Of a DNA stretch of 40,338 nucleotides, positions 24,701 through 36,341 are shown piece by piece. The notes beneath the pieces were generated by a model. The model was not told the origin of the DNA, made no database searches, and saw only the letters and a list, made by a program, of their open reading frames with translations. Origin of the DNA: Priapulus caudatus (taxonomy: Eukaryota). How positions within the stretch are numbered: position 1 is the first letter of the stretch; the number at the start of each line of letters is the position of its first letter. The stretch covers positions 432,479 to 472,816 of the forward strand of contig NW_014577064.1 of the NCBI RefSeq assembly GCF_000485595.1, read 5' to 3'. A program made the position numbers and the translations under genes.

Positions 24701-27700
24701 CGTATTTCTCCTTTGTATGCCTTCGCTCACCCATGGCCATCATTAGTCGCAAGCTGTGCTGAGTATGTGTTCCACGTACGCAGGACACTCTCCTACAGCG
24801 CTAAGCGCGCGCACTAATGAGCCAAATGTTGTAGAGCAACTTCTGTGAGAGCCAGCGCTGCCACTCTGGCACTGTCTACCTACGACGACTGCTTAAACTA
24901 AGCAGACATAACCTCAGGCGACATACCACATGTACTGTGCTGTAATCTCTTCTTAGTGGAGATTATCATAGGAAGGCATATGTACGACGGTCAACACTAA
25001 GTGCAAATGTTTGTAGGAACGTAATGAATTAACACCCATGCACATAGCTTGTCGTTGAAAAGCCGCATGATATGATTTCACAGTTAGACGTTACAGCAAC
25101 TGAAATAACTACAGCATTAATAAATGTTATTAAATCATTAAAACAGATCAGCCGTGAAAATTCCGATGCAAGGAAGTACAATACATGCGGGAACTATAAA
25201 CTCGTAAGGTGGCCTGTCACGCATCACAATGAGTCAGTCATAGGTTATAAGTGGCAGTAGATGGCAGAAACATATTCCTAGTTATGGTGAAGGTTCACAC
25301 ACGGTATACATACACATACGTACCAGGGAAGTCGGCAACAAACACACACTCTGTGTGGTTGCTCGTCAATAGCAGCTCATTCTCAAGTTCATCTAGCTTC
25401 GCTCGCCAATCGGAGAGATCCGTGAGAAGTGGCATGATCCACGTGACGTCGTGGAAAGGCGACCAATCAGCAGCGAGAAGGTCGACCTTCGGGTTGTACA
25501 TTCTGCGTGACAGGAAGCCATCTTGTAGAGTTGGGGTGCGAGTGTTAAGGCAGGCTTATGTCGGGCTTGCGAGCCGACTCGACTGGAAGCAACTGGCTGC
25601 GACTGCAGTGCTTAGGTCGGTCGACTGCGACGCGACTGCCTGCGACTGGCCGCCACTAGTTGCTCGGAATAGAACATTGGGCAACTGGACGCAACTAGTC
25701 GCTGCCGATCGCTTTCAGTTGCTCGAATTCCAGTTGCTTCCGGTCGAGTCGGCTCGCAAGCCCGACATAAGCCCGCCTTTAGGTGCGTAGGGTAATGGCG
25801 CATGCTTCGACAAGCACAGTGCAGTGATTACTGGTGGGTAGGTGGCCGATTTGTACAGTGGAGGGTTGCAGGGGGTTGGTTGGCGTTGTAAAGGTGCGCC
25901 ATTGTGGGTGGCAGCGGTGGGTGGCAGGGTATGTGAGGTCTATACATGCCATGATTAAGCAGAACTGGGGGGTGGGTGTTGCGTGGTGGGGCAGGACTAG
26001 GTGTTGCGTGGTGGGGCAGGGCTGGGTGTTGTGTGGTCAGGGCTGGCGCTTTTGTGCGGGGCAGGCTGTGGTGTTGCAGTGGTGGGCAGGGGTGGTTTGC
26101 GGTGGGGCAGGGGCTGGGTGTTTCCGTGGGGGCAGGGCTGCGTTTTTGCGTTGTCGGGGCAGGGCTGGTGTGCGCCTGGGGTTGGGCAGGTGCTGTGTTT
26201 GCGGTGGGGCAGCTTGGTGTTGCATCGTTGGGGCAGGCTGGTTATGTGTGCGGGGCAGGGCTGGGTGCGTTTGTGTGGGGCAGGCTGGTGTTGGTGGTGG
26301 GGCAGGGTTGGTTTGGTGGTTGGGGCAGGGCTGTGGTGTTGTTGTGTGGGTCGCAGGGTTGGTTGTTTGCGATTGTGGGCAGGTGCTGGGTTGTTTTGTG
26401 TGTGTATGCATGGTGGCTGTGGTTTGCGTTGTCGAGCAAGTGTGGTTGCGCGGTTGGGGTCAAGTGTTGGTGTTGTGTGTGGGGAGGCTGCGGCTGTTGT
26501 CGTGGTGTTGCCATGGGCTGGGTGTTGTGGTGGGGGCGGCTGGGTGTTGCGCTGTTGGCAAGGGCTGGGTTGTGTGCGGCTGTGGTCGAGCAAGGGTTGG
26601 CGATTTTTCGCGTGGGGCAAGGGTTGGGTGTGCGTGGTGGGTCATGGCTGGTTTGCGTGGTTCGACAGGTTTTTTTTTTGTTTGGTTGGGTTGCGGGCGC
26701 TGGGCAGGGCTGGGTGTTGTGTGGTGGGGCAGGGCTGGGTGTTGTGTGGTGGGGCAGGGCTGGGTGTTGTGTGGTGGGGCAGGGCTGGGTGTTGTGTGGT
26801 CGGTGGCAGCGGCTGTTGTATGTGTGTAGGGTGCATGGCTGTGATTGTGTGGTGCGGTCAGGGCTGGGTGTTTGTTGGTGGGGCAGCGGCTGGGTGTCTG
26901 CGTGATCGAGCAATGGTTGGTGTTGCGCGTGGTGGCAGGTTGGTTGTTGCGCTGCTGGTTGTGGGGCAGGGCTCGGTTGTTTGTGGTGCTAGTTTGCTGG
27001 TTGTTGTGATGTTGGGCAGTGGCTGGGTTTGTGTCGGTGGGGCATGCTGGTGGTTTGGGGCCATACTGGTGGGTCTAGGCGGGTTGCTGTTGCCGCGGTT
27101 GGGGCAGGGTTGTGTGCTGTTGTCCGGTTGCACGTGGGGCTGTTGTTGTCTGGGGCATGGCTGGGTTGTGTGGGGGCGGCTGGTGTTTGTGGTGTCAGGT
27201 TGCGGTGTTCGCATGGTGGGCAGTGTGCTGTGTTGTGTGGTTGGCACGTGGCTGGGTGTCTGCGTGGCTGGGAGCAGGGGCTGGTGTTGCTGGGTGGGCA
27301 GGGTTGGGTGTTGCATGTTGGCAGGGCTGGTGTGTTGTTGGGCAGGCTAGGTTGTTTGTGTGGGCAAGGGCCTGGTTTTGTGTGCAGCTGTTGTTTCGCG
27401 TGGGCAGGTGGTGTTGTGTGGTGGCAGGGCGTGGTGTTGTGTGTGGGGCAAGGCTGGTGTTGCGTGGTGGGCTGCAAGGGCTGGTTGGTGGTGGGGTCAG
27501 GGCTGGGTGATTTGTGGGGCAAGAGGCTGGTTTGTGTGTGGGCAGGGCTTGTGGTGTTGTGTGGGCAGGCTTGGTGTTGTGTGGTGCAGGGCTGGGGTGT
27601 TGCGTGGTGGGGCAAGGGCTGCGGTGTTGTGGTGTTGGGCAGCGCTGGGATGTTTCGTGCTGGGGCAGGGCATGTTATGTGTGGTGGGCTATTGGGCTGG

Positions 27701-30700
27701 GTGCTATGTGTGGGAGCAGGTGGGTGGTTTTTGCTATGGTGGGGCAGGGCTGGGTGTTGTCGTGGTGGGGCAGGTTCTGGGTGTTGTGTGGGGCAGGCTG
27801 TTGTTTGTGTGCGCGATTTGGGCTGGGTGTTTGTGATGGGGCAGGGCTGAGTTTGCGTTGTCAAGCAGAGGATGGTTTGCGCTGGTGTGCAGGTTGGGTG
27901 TTGCGCGGTGGGCAAGGGCTGGTGTTGTTGGTGGGCAGCGTGTGTGTTGTGTTGGGCATGGCTGGTGTTTGTGGTGGGGCCATTAGTGCGGGTGTTGTGG
28001 CAGGGCTGGGTGATGCTGTGGGCAGGGCGCTGGGAGTTCGTGTGGGGCATGGGTGGGTGCGTGTGGGCAGGGCTGGGTGTTTGTGTGGGGCAGGCTGAGT
28101 GTTTGTGTGGGCCGCAGCCGGGTGTTGTGTGTGGGGCATAGGTTGGCTGGTGATTTGTGGTGGGGGCAAAGCGCTGTGTTGGTGGTGGCAGCGGCTGTGG
28201 TGTTTGCGGGTGGGTGGCATGGGCCTGGGTGTTATGCTGTGTGGTGGGCAGGGCTGCGTGTTAGCGTGGTGTGGTTCTAGGGCTAGGTTGTTCGATTGTG
28301 GCAGGGCTGGTTTGCGGTGGGGCAGGGGCTTGGTGTTGCGTGTTTGGGGCATGCGTCGGTTTGGGTATGAACTGGGAACTACCTCTCGGAAATCAAACAT
28401 GAAAAGCTCATGACTCACCATAGCTCTCAATCATGAAGAGACTCACCTCTGCTGGAAGCGCCCATTAAGGGACCGCCACACATCGAAATAGAGAGCAAGG
28501 TTGGTGATGTTGTACTTGCGCAGTCGGCGGTTGATGCACTGCGCGTATTGCTTTATCATGTCCGCGTGCCATTGCCACCTGTTGGAGCTTGTCCAAGCCT
28601 GCAGAGACAGCACAGATGTTTAACGAGAACCCAAGGATGAGCTGCCCCTACCGCCAAACCCCGCATACTGCACACGCGTGCCATCGCTGAGCACATTTCT
28701 ATCATAGTAGACAGTCTTTATTGTAACCGTGATATGTAAGGGTACAGATGATCACTGTAAGTCGATGGCACACGTACAGTATCTATCGTAGTAGTAGTAG
28801 TAGTAAGACTGGGTGTTGTGTGCTATTACGTTGGCTCCAAAGCTCCCTCGTCTACTCACGTTAGGATCGAGGTAACCTTCTTCACCCGTGTCCTTGTTGA
28901 CGAAGCTGATCTTGATGTGCTGTGTCGACCACGAATGAACCATCATGTCCCAGGAGTACCCATACAGCCCGTTCGTCCAGTTGTTGTAGCCCTGATGGCA
29001 GAGGAAGGGACAGCAGTGTTGGTAATGACTCTAACTCTGGCATTTGGTGAAATGAAATTGACTCAATTCGAATCACATTTGCTATTCTCGGCAACCTCAA
29101 TCCAATATGAGCAAAGTTAAAAGCCAGGTGCGAGTTAAATCTACTGTTTATTGCTAACTGCTGACACGTGTGACCTGTAACAGTAGCTACTAGGCTTCCT
29201 TACTGTACAGCAATGTCATCATCCACACCCATAGCAGACAGCAGTACTTATATATAAATATATGTATAGTATTGATCCTTCGTGCATTTGCTACATCAGC
29301 AAGAGATATAGTGGGCTAGAGTAGCGAATGGCAGACGAGAGAAGCATATATGTACAGCACAGCACGGTTAGAATTGACCTTTTGTGTCTGCTCGCTAAAC
29401 ATGCCATCATGTTTACAAACGAAAGTAAATGTACTGTCAATAAATCTTGTAGCTTCATATCATTCGTGTGTAACCAATACTGGTTAAACACCCTTTATTT
29501 CCGCTAAAAACGTAGTGCAGCCTATACCTATATCTAGCTTTAGCAATGGTTTGATTACAGCCTTGGTGAACCCAAAGAAGGTGGCACGAGAGCAATGATG
29601 CTCTAGGTGTACTGCGTTATTTCGACCTTACCTTTGTCGTGAAATGGGAGTAAGGCAAGAAGCACTGTGACAGAAGGTACATTACTGTCCCCAGTGCTGC
29701 CAACTGGTGGAGACTGGACGGTTTGTCTCGCATCACCATAGCAACATCAGTAACCATCTTTGCATCACCGCTTGCCTTTGTGTCTCCCACAGAAGAAGAC
29801 CTGAACTTTCTCTTCTTGTGATGAGTCTTTTCATTGAGCAAAGAAGCCATTTCAATAAAAAACGACTTTAAAATTGGTATCCTTAGTACTTGCATGGCAT
29901 ATATGGGTCATTATAGCGCGACTTGCTTAATATTGGTGTTTGTAACTACAATATTCAATTTCGCAAAGGTTATTTATTTAACTTGAATAAACAATATTAA
30001 ACTATGAATATATACAAGTTGCGTAGCTTAGTTTGGGACAATCAGCTTCACATACACTAAAGTTGGGAGCACAATACTTTACTTCACTTACATTAGAGCT
30101 GGGTGTGGGGTCTTCAGGTTTCACCTCTTCCTTGCTATACAGGCAGTGTGGGCTGGGTTGGGGAGGCGTGTCTGAAGGCAGTACCTGCTCCAGCCAGTTT
30201 GGCAGCCGGTTGATCCACCGTCTTGGCCAGTCATTGCTGAAGAAGATTGCCTGAGTGAAAATCATCACCCACGGGAACATGCCTGTAAATAGTCAAAGAT
30301 TTCCATTAGACATGTTAGACTGGCAGTCATTCTATCTCCTGCACATATTTTAGTGCAAGGTCTAAACCAATCACAAGTAAAATTGCCAATGAATATGATT
30401 TATAATGTAATGATAATTTAGAATCTTTTTTTTATTTCAATATGTAAATGTTTAACTTAGGCACAGCCTATAGTTATATTATTAACACAGATGAATGAAA
30501 GATGCAGAATGCTAATTAAGCAATATTTTACACGGTAGTGTACATATTACTGATTACTTCAGTATAAAAACCGTTACGAGATTGTGCTATTATGAGTTAC
30601 AGGCTATAAAACGGTAAATGAACAGCAAACGTGAGCCTGCTGTGTTGAGATTCACAAGAACAGTGCACATAGCTACGCATAGGGTCTATGTCCCCCAGGA

Positions 30701-33700
30701 TACTATCAAAGGGCACCCTGGGTACGGTTCGATATATCGGAACGTACCCTGGTAACTATCTGATATGGTTAGGGTTAGGGTTAGGGAGTAGGCGTAGGCA
30801 ACTCCCTAGACTCGTTAGTGGAGTAGGCGAGGTACGGTCCGGCATATTAGATAGTACCAGGGTACGTTCCGATATATCGAACCGTACCAGAGTACCCTCC
30901 GATAGTACCCTGGGGGACATAGACCCTATCAGCCATAGTTACGTGATGCAAATTTTGTGTAGACTGGTACCTATCTCAAAATGTAGATACAGGTGACATA
31001 GTGTAAAGACAGGGTACCAGTCGATGGCATCTCGCAAGAGCGAAAATCTAGCATTAGTTTTGTGGACATATGTAAACAAATCTAATTTGAAATGCAGACA
31101 GGTGCACATATTGGTAAAAAGAATGATGTGCAAGTGTTCTATAACATGTTAGCCTTACTATATACACTTGAAATTACGCAAGGAGCACCGGTAAATACCA
31201 GAAGTTCAGAACGGTCGAGAAAATATGGAAACAGTTAGAAAACACATGACAAGCCATAGTGTGCTTTCACGAGCACTAAACATTTACGAGCACCAAAATA
31301 AGCTGACAAACAGGTTCCAGCGTTTCCTGGCCTCGCTCACCTATCTGGAAGATCTGTGCATTCATGAGGTGGAATGAGGTGCAGAAGAAGACAGCATATG
31401 GCCGTGAGACGTCGATGAACAAGAAGAAGCCTATGGTCAGATCGAGGAGGAATCCGCCCAGATGCACAATGAAGTAGTCTGTCTGTGCCTCCGTTAACAT
31501 CAGCCTGCGCAACACGTTGATAATAAATACTTATAAAGAGAGTGGCTGACTAAATCTCCTCTTAATTTCTCCCTATATAACTCCCTTCATCATCCTTCCC
31601 TCTTTCTCTCTGATTCCCTAGCTCTCCCTCTCCTCCTTCTCTCTTGCCTTCCCTGTCTATCAACTATCCTCTCTCTCTCTCTCTCCCTCTCTTTCGCTTT
31701 TGTTTGCTCAGTCTTAGCTCCACCTCTCCCTCCATCTTTCCCCATCTCGATGTGCCTGTATTCCCCACCCCCGACTCCTGCTCTCTCACTCACTCAATCC
31801 ATTTTCTTCACTGCATTACTCACAGGTTGATATAACCACACTGCCATTAAGCACTTGCAAATAACCAGTCATACTAATGTTGTGTGCAAGTTGTGGTGCA
31901 CGTTAGTATGGATTATGGATTGCATCTTGATTGCATGCGAGCTCAGGGGCTTAAGAATCTGCCACTGTTACAGTGCAGTACTCACGCAGCTGTACCGCAT
32001 ATCTGCAGAACTTACCGGAAAGGAGCAAAGGTCCAGTGTTCAGAGAGACTGACCATTGAATGACCGCCAAGCCACTCCGCATCTGTTTTCTTCAATCCAG
32101 CAATAAAGTATACAAGGAATATCTGGAACAGAATAGCACATGCTGAGGAGCGGAATTTTGACAGACATATTGACAATTCTGACAACCAGAATGTGATCAA
32201 GGGTATACTATAGGTCATGTCAGTAAATAGCAACAGAATTTAAACTTTTAGAATCCAGTTTGTGAACAACTGGTTTTATCCAGTTTTCGTGCGCGCTTGC
32301 CTAGACGACTTTAAAATCCACCTCATGCAGGTTCAACTACTGTTTGCACGCCAGCTGTCTATCAGAGCCTTGATTAATCACTAGCCGGAGGCAAGTAAAA
32401 AATTCTGGCGAGGAGTTAATTCTATATGCTACCTTTTCCGCTCGTCAAAATCTACATATGATTGAAAGTTGCATGTTTCTCGGATCTATGATAAAAGGCA
32501 ATTTCGGTGTAGATTGTGGAGAAGGGGAAAGAGGAGGGGGTGGTGGAAGAGAATGGAAGGAGAACGAGAATGGTGGAGGAGGATAATGAGTATATAATTG
32601 TTGCAATTTGTGATAGACTGTAAAAAATGGTAATAATTAATTGATATAATATTTAAAACCACTTTTTAACCCTCTTCATGCTACGTACCCCATTTGTCTC
32701 TTCGTTCATCTTCTTTATTCCTATCCTCTGCTCCTCTACTTCCTCTTCCCCCTTCCTCTATTATAACTAGTCTAGCCAGAGATTAAGCAAATAAAAGTCA
32801 CGAAAGTGATTAAATCTTTAACCAATACACTATCTAAATTAATCATTTAGTGAAATGCACAAAATAAGCTACACACATCATCATCAGGCTCACCTACGCG
32901 TTTGCTTCACGTTTACTCAACTGTGGCTAGGCCACAGTTGAACATGTTATAGCAACCCTCCTGCCTGCCATTACCAGCCATAACCAGTGGTAATGTTCAC
33001 ACCCTAATTCATTCACATAGGCGAGCAAACACCTTAGGCAAACATGAGTTTGCATCATAAATAGCCCCTAGTGTAATGGCTCTCCACAGTGGCAGGAACG
33101 ATTTTACCATCAGCATATATATGTGAGAAGCTCCACAAGAGCTTACAACGCTGGTGTGTGCCATCTGAAACCTTGCATATAAATACAAGCTGTGGCTACG
33201 CCTCCAATTACTGGACGCCCAGCTTCCATGTGGACTCCCATGTCTACGCGTCCGGTCATATATTTCTTATGTGAACCCAACTATATGTTTTCAGTAAAAA
33301 ACAATAAACAATAAGTTTTTACAATAGTATTACTTACCTTTAGGTATTTTATCAAAAAAATGTGTTTTTGTAACTTTTGAAGTAATACTAAATCCAGTAA
33401 AATCAACGATTTGAAAGGGGGCGTGGCCTAATCGTGACGTGGATTTCGGAATCTGTGCTAGGCTTTGTAATGGATGACCGGACGCGTAGCCACTGCGTAT
33501 AAATAAAAGAGCATGCACTTCTCGACAATGGCAGTCAGTGAGTGAAGCCAGACACACTAATCTGCGCCGACCACACAAAACGTGACACCACGAAAGCGAG
33601 CACGATCCCCACTCTGTAAACTCACTACTTAACTTCATTAAAGTGCCTAGACGAAAGATGACATTGTTACAAGGTCAATTGAATTACCTATACAGCCCTG

Positions 33701-35313
33701 TGACTACCGAGGTCTTACATAGTATTAACCCTAGATAACATAAAGATTATGGACGGAAGGATCGACTCACTAGCTTATACTGACACCTACTATGTGACCA
33801 TGATAATTACACGATATTACCACGACAATTAGCAAGACACACACCTGCGATCTAAGTAGTGTGTAGTTCCACAGTGGCACATGAGAATTCTGTATCGATG
33901 GGTTTCTGCAGCCATCCAGTGACCTGTAGAAATTGTGGCGCATCGTAACAGATCAAGATAGCTTGTGTACATGCAGAGTGAGCATTGACGTACGTGTTAA
34001 CACTACTCCAATTTTTAGAATAATCCTTATTCACAACTAAGAGTAAAGAATTGGTATGTAGCATACATACAGCATAATTTAACTGACAATGTTACTGAAA
34101 GCTAGATTCGTGTTATTTGTTAAATGGAAATGATGCGCACACACATACACATGCATGTATAGTTTCGTACTACCGCACTCTGTCCTGGGTACCTATACAT
34201 CATTCTATCAATGAAGGGCATCCATTACGGCTGATAGATCTAGAAGTACGAACATAGACAAATGGAGATCTGTACGTATTTATAAAAGAATACATACCAA
34301 TATCTATTTGCATCTGTGATCAGCAGTAGAATAGAAATCAGACCATACAGGTAAGAGTGGTTGTTCCAAGACGTTTTGTCAAGCAAGAACAGGTACCAGT
34401 AGCAGACGCAATACGCTAGGCAGCTTGCACGATACCACAGGCCCCCAGCAATGAGGAGCGTTGCTAAAATATATGAAACAGGAATGATTAGGAACAAGTG
34501 TCAGACATAGGAAATAACACACTGGCATCAAAAATGTCATCGCAATTCGATCCCTTTAGCTGCTATGAAACTTTCAGCTGTGTCAAATAATTTTTCTCAG
34601 TAATATTATGAATCATTACCACCAGGGTCCAGGTGTATGTACACCAGAAACTAAAGAAACTCACATATCCACATGCATAGGTAAAGCATGTACATCCATT
34701 CTAGCGCCAGTGGCTGAAGGAAATTGAACAATGGAAAGCGGCATTCATCCGGGTTTCCCCATTTTGCATTGGCCGTCGATAAACCACGTTCCTGGACCAC
34801 ATCAAGGAACATCAGCAGCCCTGCAACACATACATATATCCTCGTCAGCACCACCTCACCATTCAACATCACCAAGCATCCCATCTTTTACAGCATCTAC
34901 ACATTTAGTAGCATGTTTCAAAGCCAAGGCCATCACCTAGTCTAACCTGACATACGTTCACATACCGTGATGCTATATAACTTGACTGTACACATATAAA
35001 CAGTAGACCATTTGCGACAGTACATACCCAAACACCCCCATCCCACCCCATCTGAGTAAACAACGAATAATGGTGCACAGACGAGAGCGACCCTGAATCG
35101 CGAAGCAACCGACATTCGTGGCCACGCAGCTGTGAGCGACGCACCGTAAAACACGCGGATCATCGCGAGGCTGGCCGGGTCTGTCGGTCGATTCATGAGA
35201 CGAACAAACGCCTGCCAGGAGCTAAAGTCAGAGCAGCTGAAGCCCAGCACGGCTCGCATGCGACCCGGACGCCCGGGCGCCGCCAGCTGATGCTTTCTCG
35301 TCGAATGCACCAT
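21643..35313 (-). CDS. GGCX: Vitamin K-dependent gamma-glutamyl carboxylase; 15 coding exons, 2250 nt, ~749 aa
   Basis: Phase-consistent GT-AG exon chain giving [111 protein letters not shown] and PSCYMYLY. Confidence 0.96.
22401..22563 (-). CDS. GGCX: GGCX penultimate exon (divergent)
   Basis: ctgtag|GT ... AG|gtatga; 163 nt; phases (1 in, 2 out) fit both neighbours. Confidence 0.75.
23265..23412 (-). CDS. GGCX: GGCX exon
   Basis: gttgcag|AT ... GACG|gtaatt; 148 nt; [25 protein letters not shown]. Confidence 0.9.
23593..23720 (-). CDS. GGCX: GGCX exon
   Basis: ctttag|GT ... CAG|gtgcgt; 128 nt; [22 protein letters not shown]. Confidence 0.9.
25324..25502 (-). CDS. GGCX: GGCX exon with propeptide-binding region
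   Basis: cacgcag|A ... CCTG|gtacgt; 179 nt; [16 protein letters not shown]...[13 protein letters not shown]...FVADFP. Confidence 0.94.
25548..25778. mobile_element. 231-bp MITE, PIF/Harbinger (Tourist)-like
   Basis: 49-bp terminal inverted repeats (agg(c)(a/g)ggcttatgtcgggcttgcgagccgactcgac(t/c)ggaagcaactgg; 2 mismatches) flanked by TTA on both sides (25545-47, 25779-81). Confidence 0.88.
25965..28350. repeat. ~2.4-kb G/T-rich minisatellite, 25-bp unit ggggcagggctgggtgttgtgtggt
   Basis: Near-perfect tandem units at 26701-26800; degenerate elsewhere. Confidence 0.92.
28447..28598 (-). CDS. GGCX: GGCX exon
   Basis: ctgcag|GC ... AG|gtgagt; 152 nt; [16 protein letters not shown]...[14 protein letters not shown]. 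Confidence 0.94.
28860..28991 (-). CDS. GGCX: GGCX exon with glutamate-substrate-binding motif
   Basis: catcag|GG ... AAC|gtgagt; 132 nt; [21 protein letters not shown]. Confidence 0.95.
29632..29826 (-). CDS. GGCX: GGCX exon (acceptor position uncertain)
   Basis: Donor AAAG|gtaagg after [12 protein letters not shown] is clear; a phase-0 acceptor is required and the best candidate is gaaaag|ACT. Confidence 0.75.
30092..30282 (-). CDS. GGCX: GGCX exon
   Basis: tttacag|GC ... AAT|gtaagt; 191 nt; GMFPWVM...DWPRR...HCLY. Confidence 0.88.
30677..30933. mobile_element. MITE with long TIRs, internal (TTAGGG)3 and 9-bp TSD, copy 1
   Basis: Inverted ends atagggtctatgtcccccagg / cctgggggacatagaccctat, with imperfect arms continuing ~85 bp; flanks catagctac (30668-76) and catagttac (30934-42). 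Confidence 0.88.
31341..31504 (-). CDS. GGCX: GGCX exon
   Basis: gcgcag|G ... ATAG|gtgagc; 164 nt; [15 protein letters not shown]...[11 protein letters not shown]. Confidence 0.93.
32016..32122 (-). CDS. GGCX: GGCX exon with catalytic KK motif
   Basis: ttccag|AT ... CG|gtaagt; 107 nt; [23 protein letters not shown]. Confidence 0.94.
33241..33492. mobile_element. Candidate MITE
   Basis: 16-bp perfect inverted repeat ctacgcgtccggtcat (33244-59) / atgaccggacgcgtag (33474-89) around an AT-rich interior; no clear TSD. Confidence 0.45.
33845..33923 (-). CDS. GGCX: GGCX exon (not in ORF track frame)
   Basis: tctacag|G ... CAG|gtgtgt; 79 nt; [27 protein letters not shown]. Confidence 0.92.
34298..34463 (-). 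CDS. GGCX: GGCX exon
   Basis: ttttag|CA ... TG|gtatgt; 166 nt; [21 protein letters not shown]. Confidence 0.93.
34665..34820 (-). CDS. GGCX: GGCX exon
   Basis: gttgcag|GG ... ATAT|gtgagt; 156 nt; [13 protein letters not shown]...[13 protein letters not shown]. Confidence 0.93.
35145..35313 (-). CDS. GGCX: GGCX coding exon (acceptor at 35319, ATG at 35313)
   Basis: ttgcag|GTGATAATG ... TACG|gtgcgt; MVHSTRK...[19 protein letters not shown]. Confidence 0.88.
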
Positions 35314-36057
35314 TATCACCTGCAACAGATCAAGCAAGTGCCTTTGTTATATGCAGACCGTTAAGGCAAAGCCAGCTAGAATCAGCCGAGTATTTTATCT
35401 AGTATGTGAGAGACAGTCAGAACAAATCTCAGTCAAAGAGATCTGCCCACCAAACGATTCATTTCGGTGTCCCGATCATAAAAAACAAGCAGAAGAAAAT
35501 CCTCCTTGATTGAATATGTGGCACTGAGCTCTTCTAGCAATAAATATTTCTAATCACAATTAAGTGTTATACTTATAGCTGGTTGGTGACTATAGATCAC
35601 ATTCATGTAGAAATTAGGTGAATTCAGACAGAGATCATTTGCCCTCTCACAGAACTAGTGTAAATCTTTGAGAACAACAATTGGGTAGTCGATTTCATTG
35701 ACTACAATAATCTATCAGTGCAACTCAAAACACAAGTAGTGTGTAGGGCGGTCAGAATTTGCGAAGGGCGGATGGATGCTTGGTATATGCCAGTATAGCA
35801 CCCTAAGCATCCAGGGGCAGACCTAGCTTTCGGGAGATGGGGGATGCAACCACCCCAACCCCCTTCTAGATCCGTCACCGGCATCCTACATGTTTCTAAT
35901 AATGGGGTGTTTGAAAAGTACTCACAGAGAAAATAAAATAAGGTACTAAGAAAATGCTGGTGATAGGTGGGGAGGGGTGATGTTAGAAATGCTGCATTTT
36001 GGAGCAAGCATCAATCTAAATAGTGATGGATTCAAGATGCCAAGTTGGCTCACTGTA

Positions 36058-36341
36058 GCTCATAGGGTCTATGTCCCCCAGGGTACTGCCAGAACGTACC
36101 CTGGTCACTATTTGATATGGTTAGGGTTAGGATTAGGGTTAGGGTTAGGGTTAGGGTTAGGGTTAGGGTTAGGGTTCGGGTTCGGGTTAGGGAGTAGGCG
36201 TAGACGACTCCCTAGACTCGTTAGTAGAGTAGGCGAGATACGGTCCGGCATATTAGATAGTACCAGGGTACGTTTCGGTATACCGGACCGTACCCAGGGT
36301 ACGTTCCGGCAGTACCCCGGGGGGCCATAGACCCTCTCAGC
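36058..36341. mobile_element. MITE with internal ~(TTAGGG)12 and 9-bp TSD, copy 2
   Basis: Same termini and core as 30677-30933; perfect direct flanks ctcactgta (36049-57, 36342-50). Confidence 0.9.

Noticed and set aside
25834..28430. Multiple 200-450-aa Gly/Cys/Trp/Val- or Pro/Thr/His-rich ORFs
   Set aside because: A stop-poor minisatellite open in many frames on both strands, lying inside a GGCX intron
29009..29023. Minus-strand YQHCC resembling the missing LGR YAYHCC motif
   Set aside because: Wrong strand and location, no LRR context; it is the intron end just upstream of a GGCX acceptor
36119..36192. TTAGGG run as a true chromosome end
   Set aside because: Short, internal and enclosed within MITE inverted repeats and a TSD
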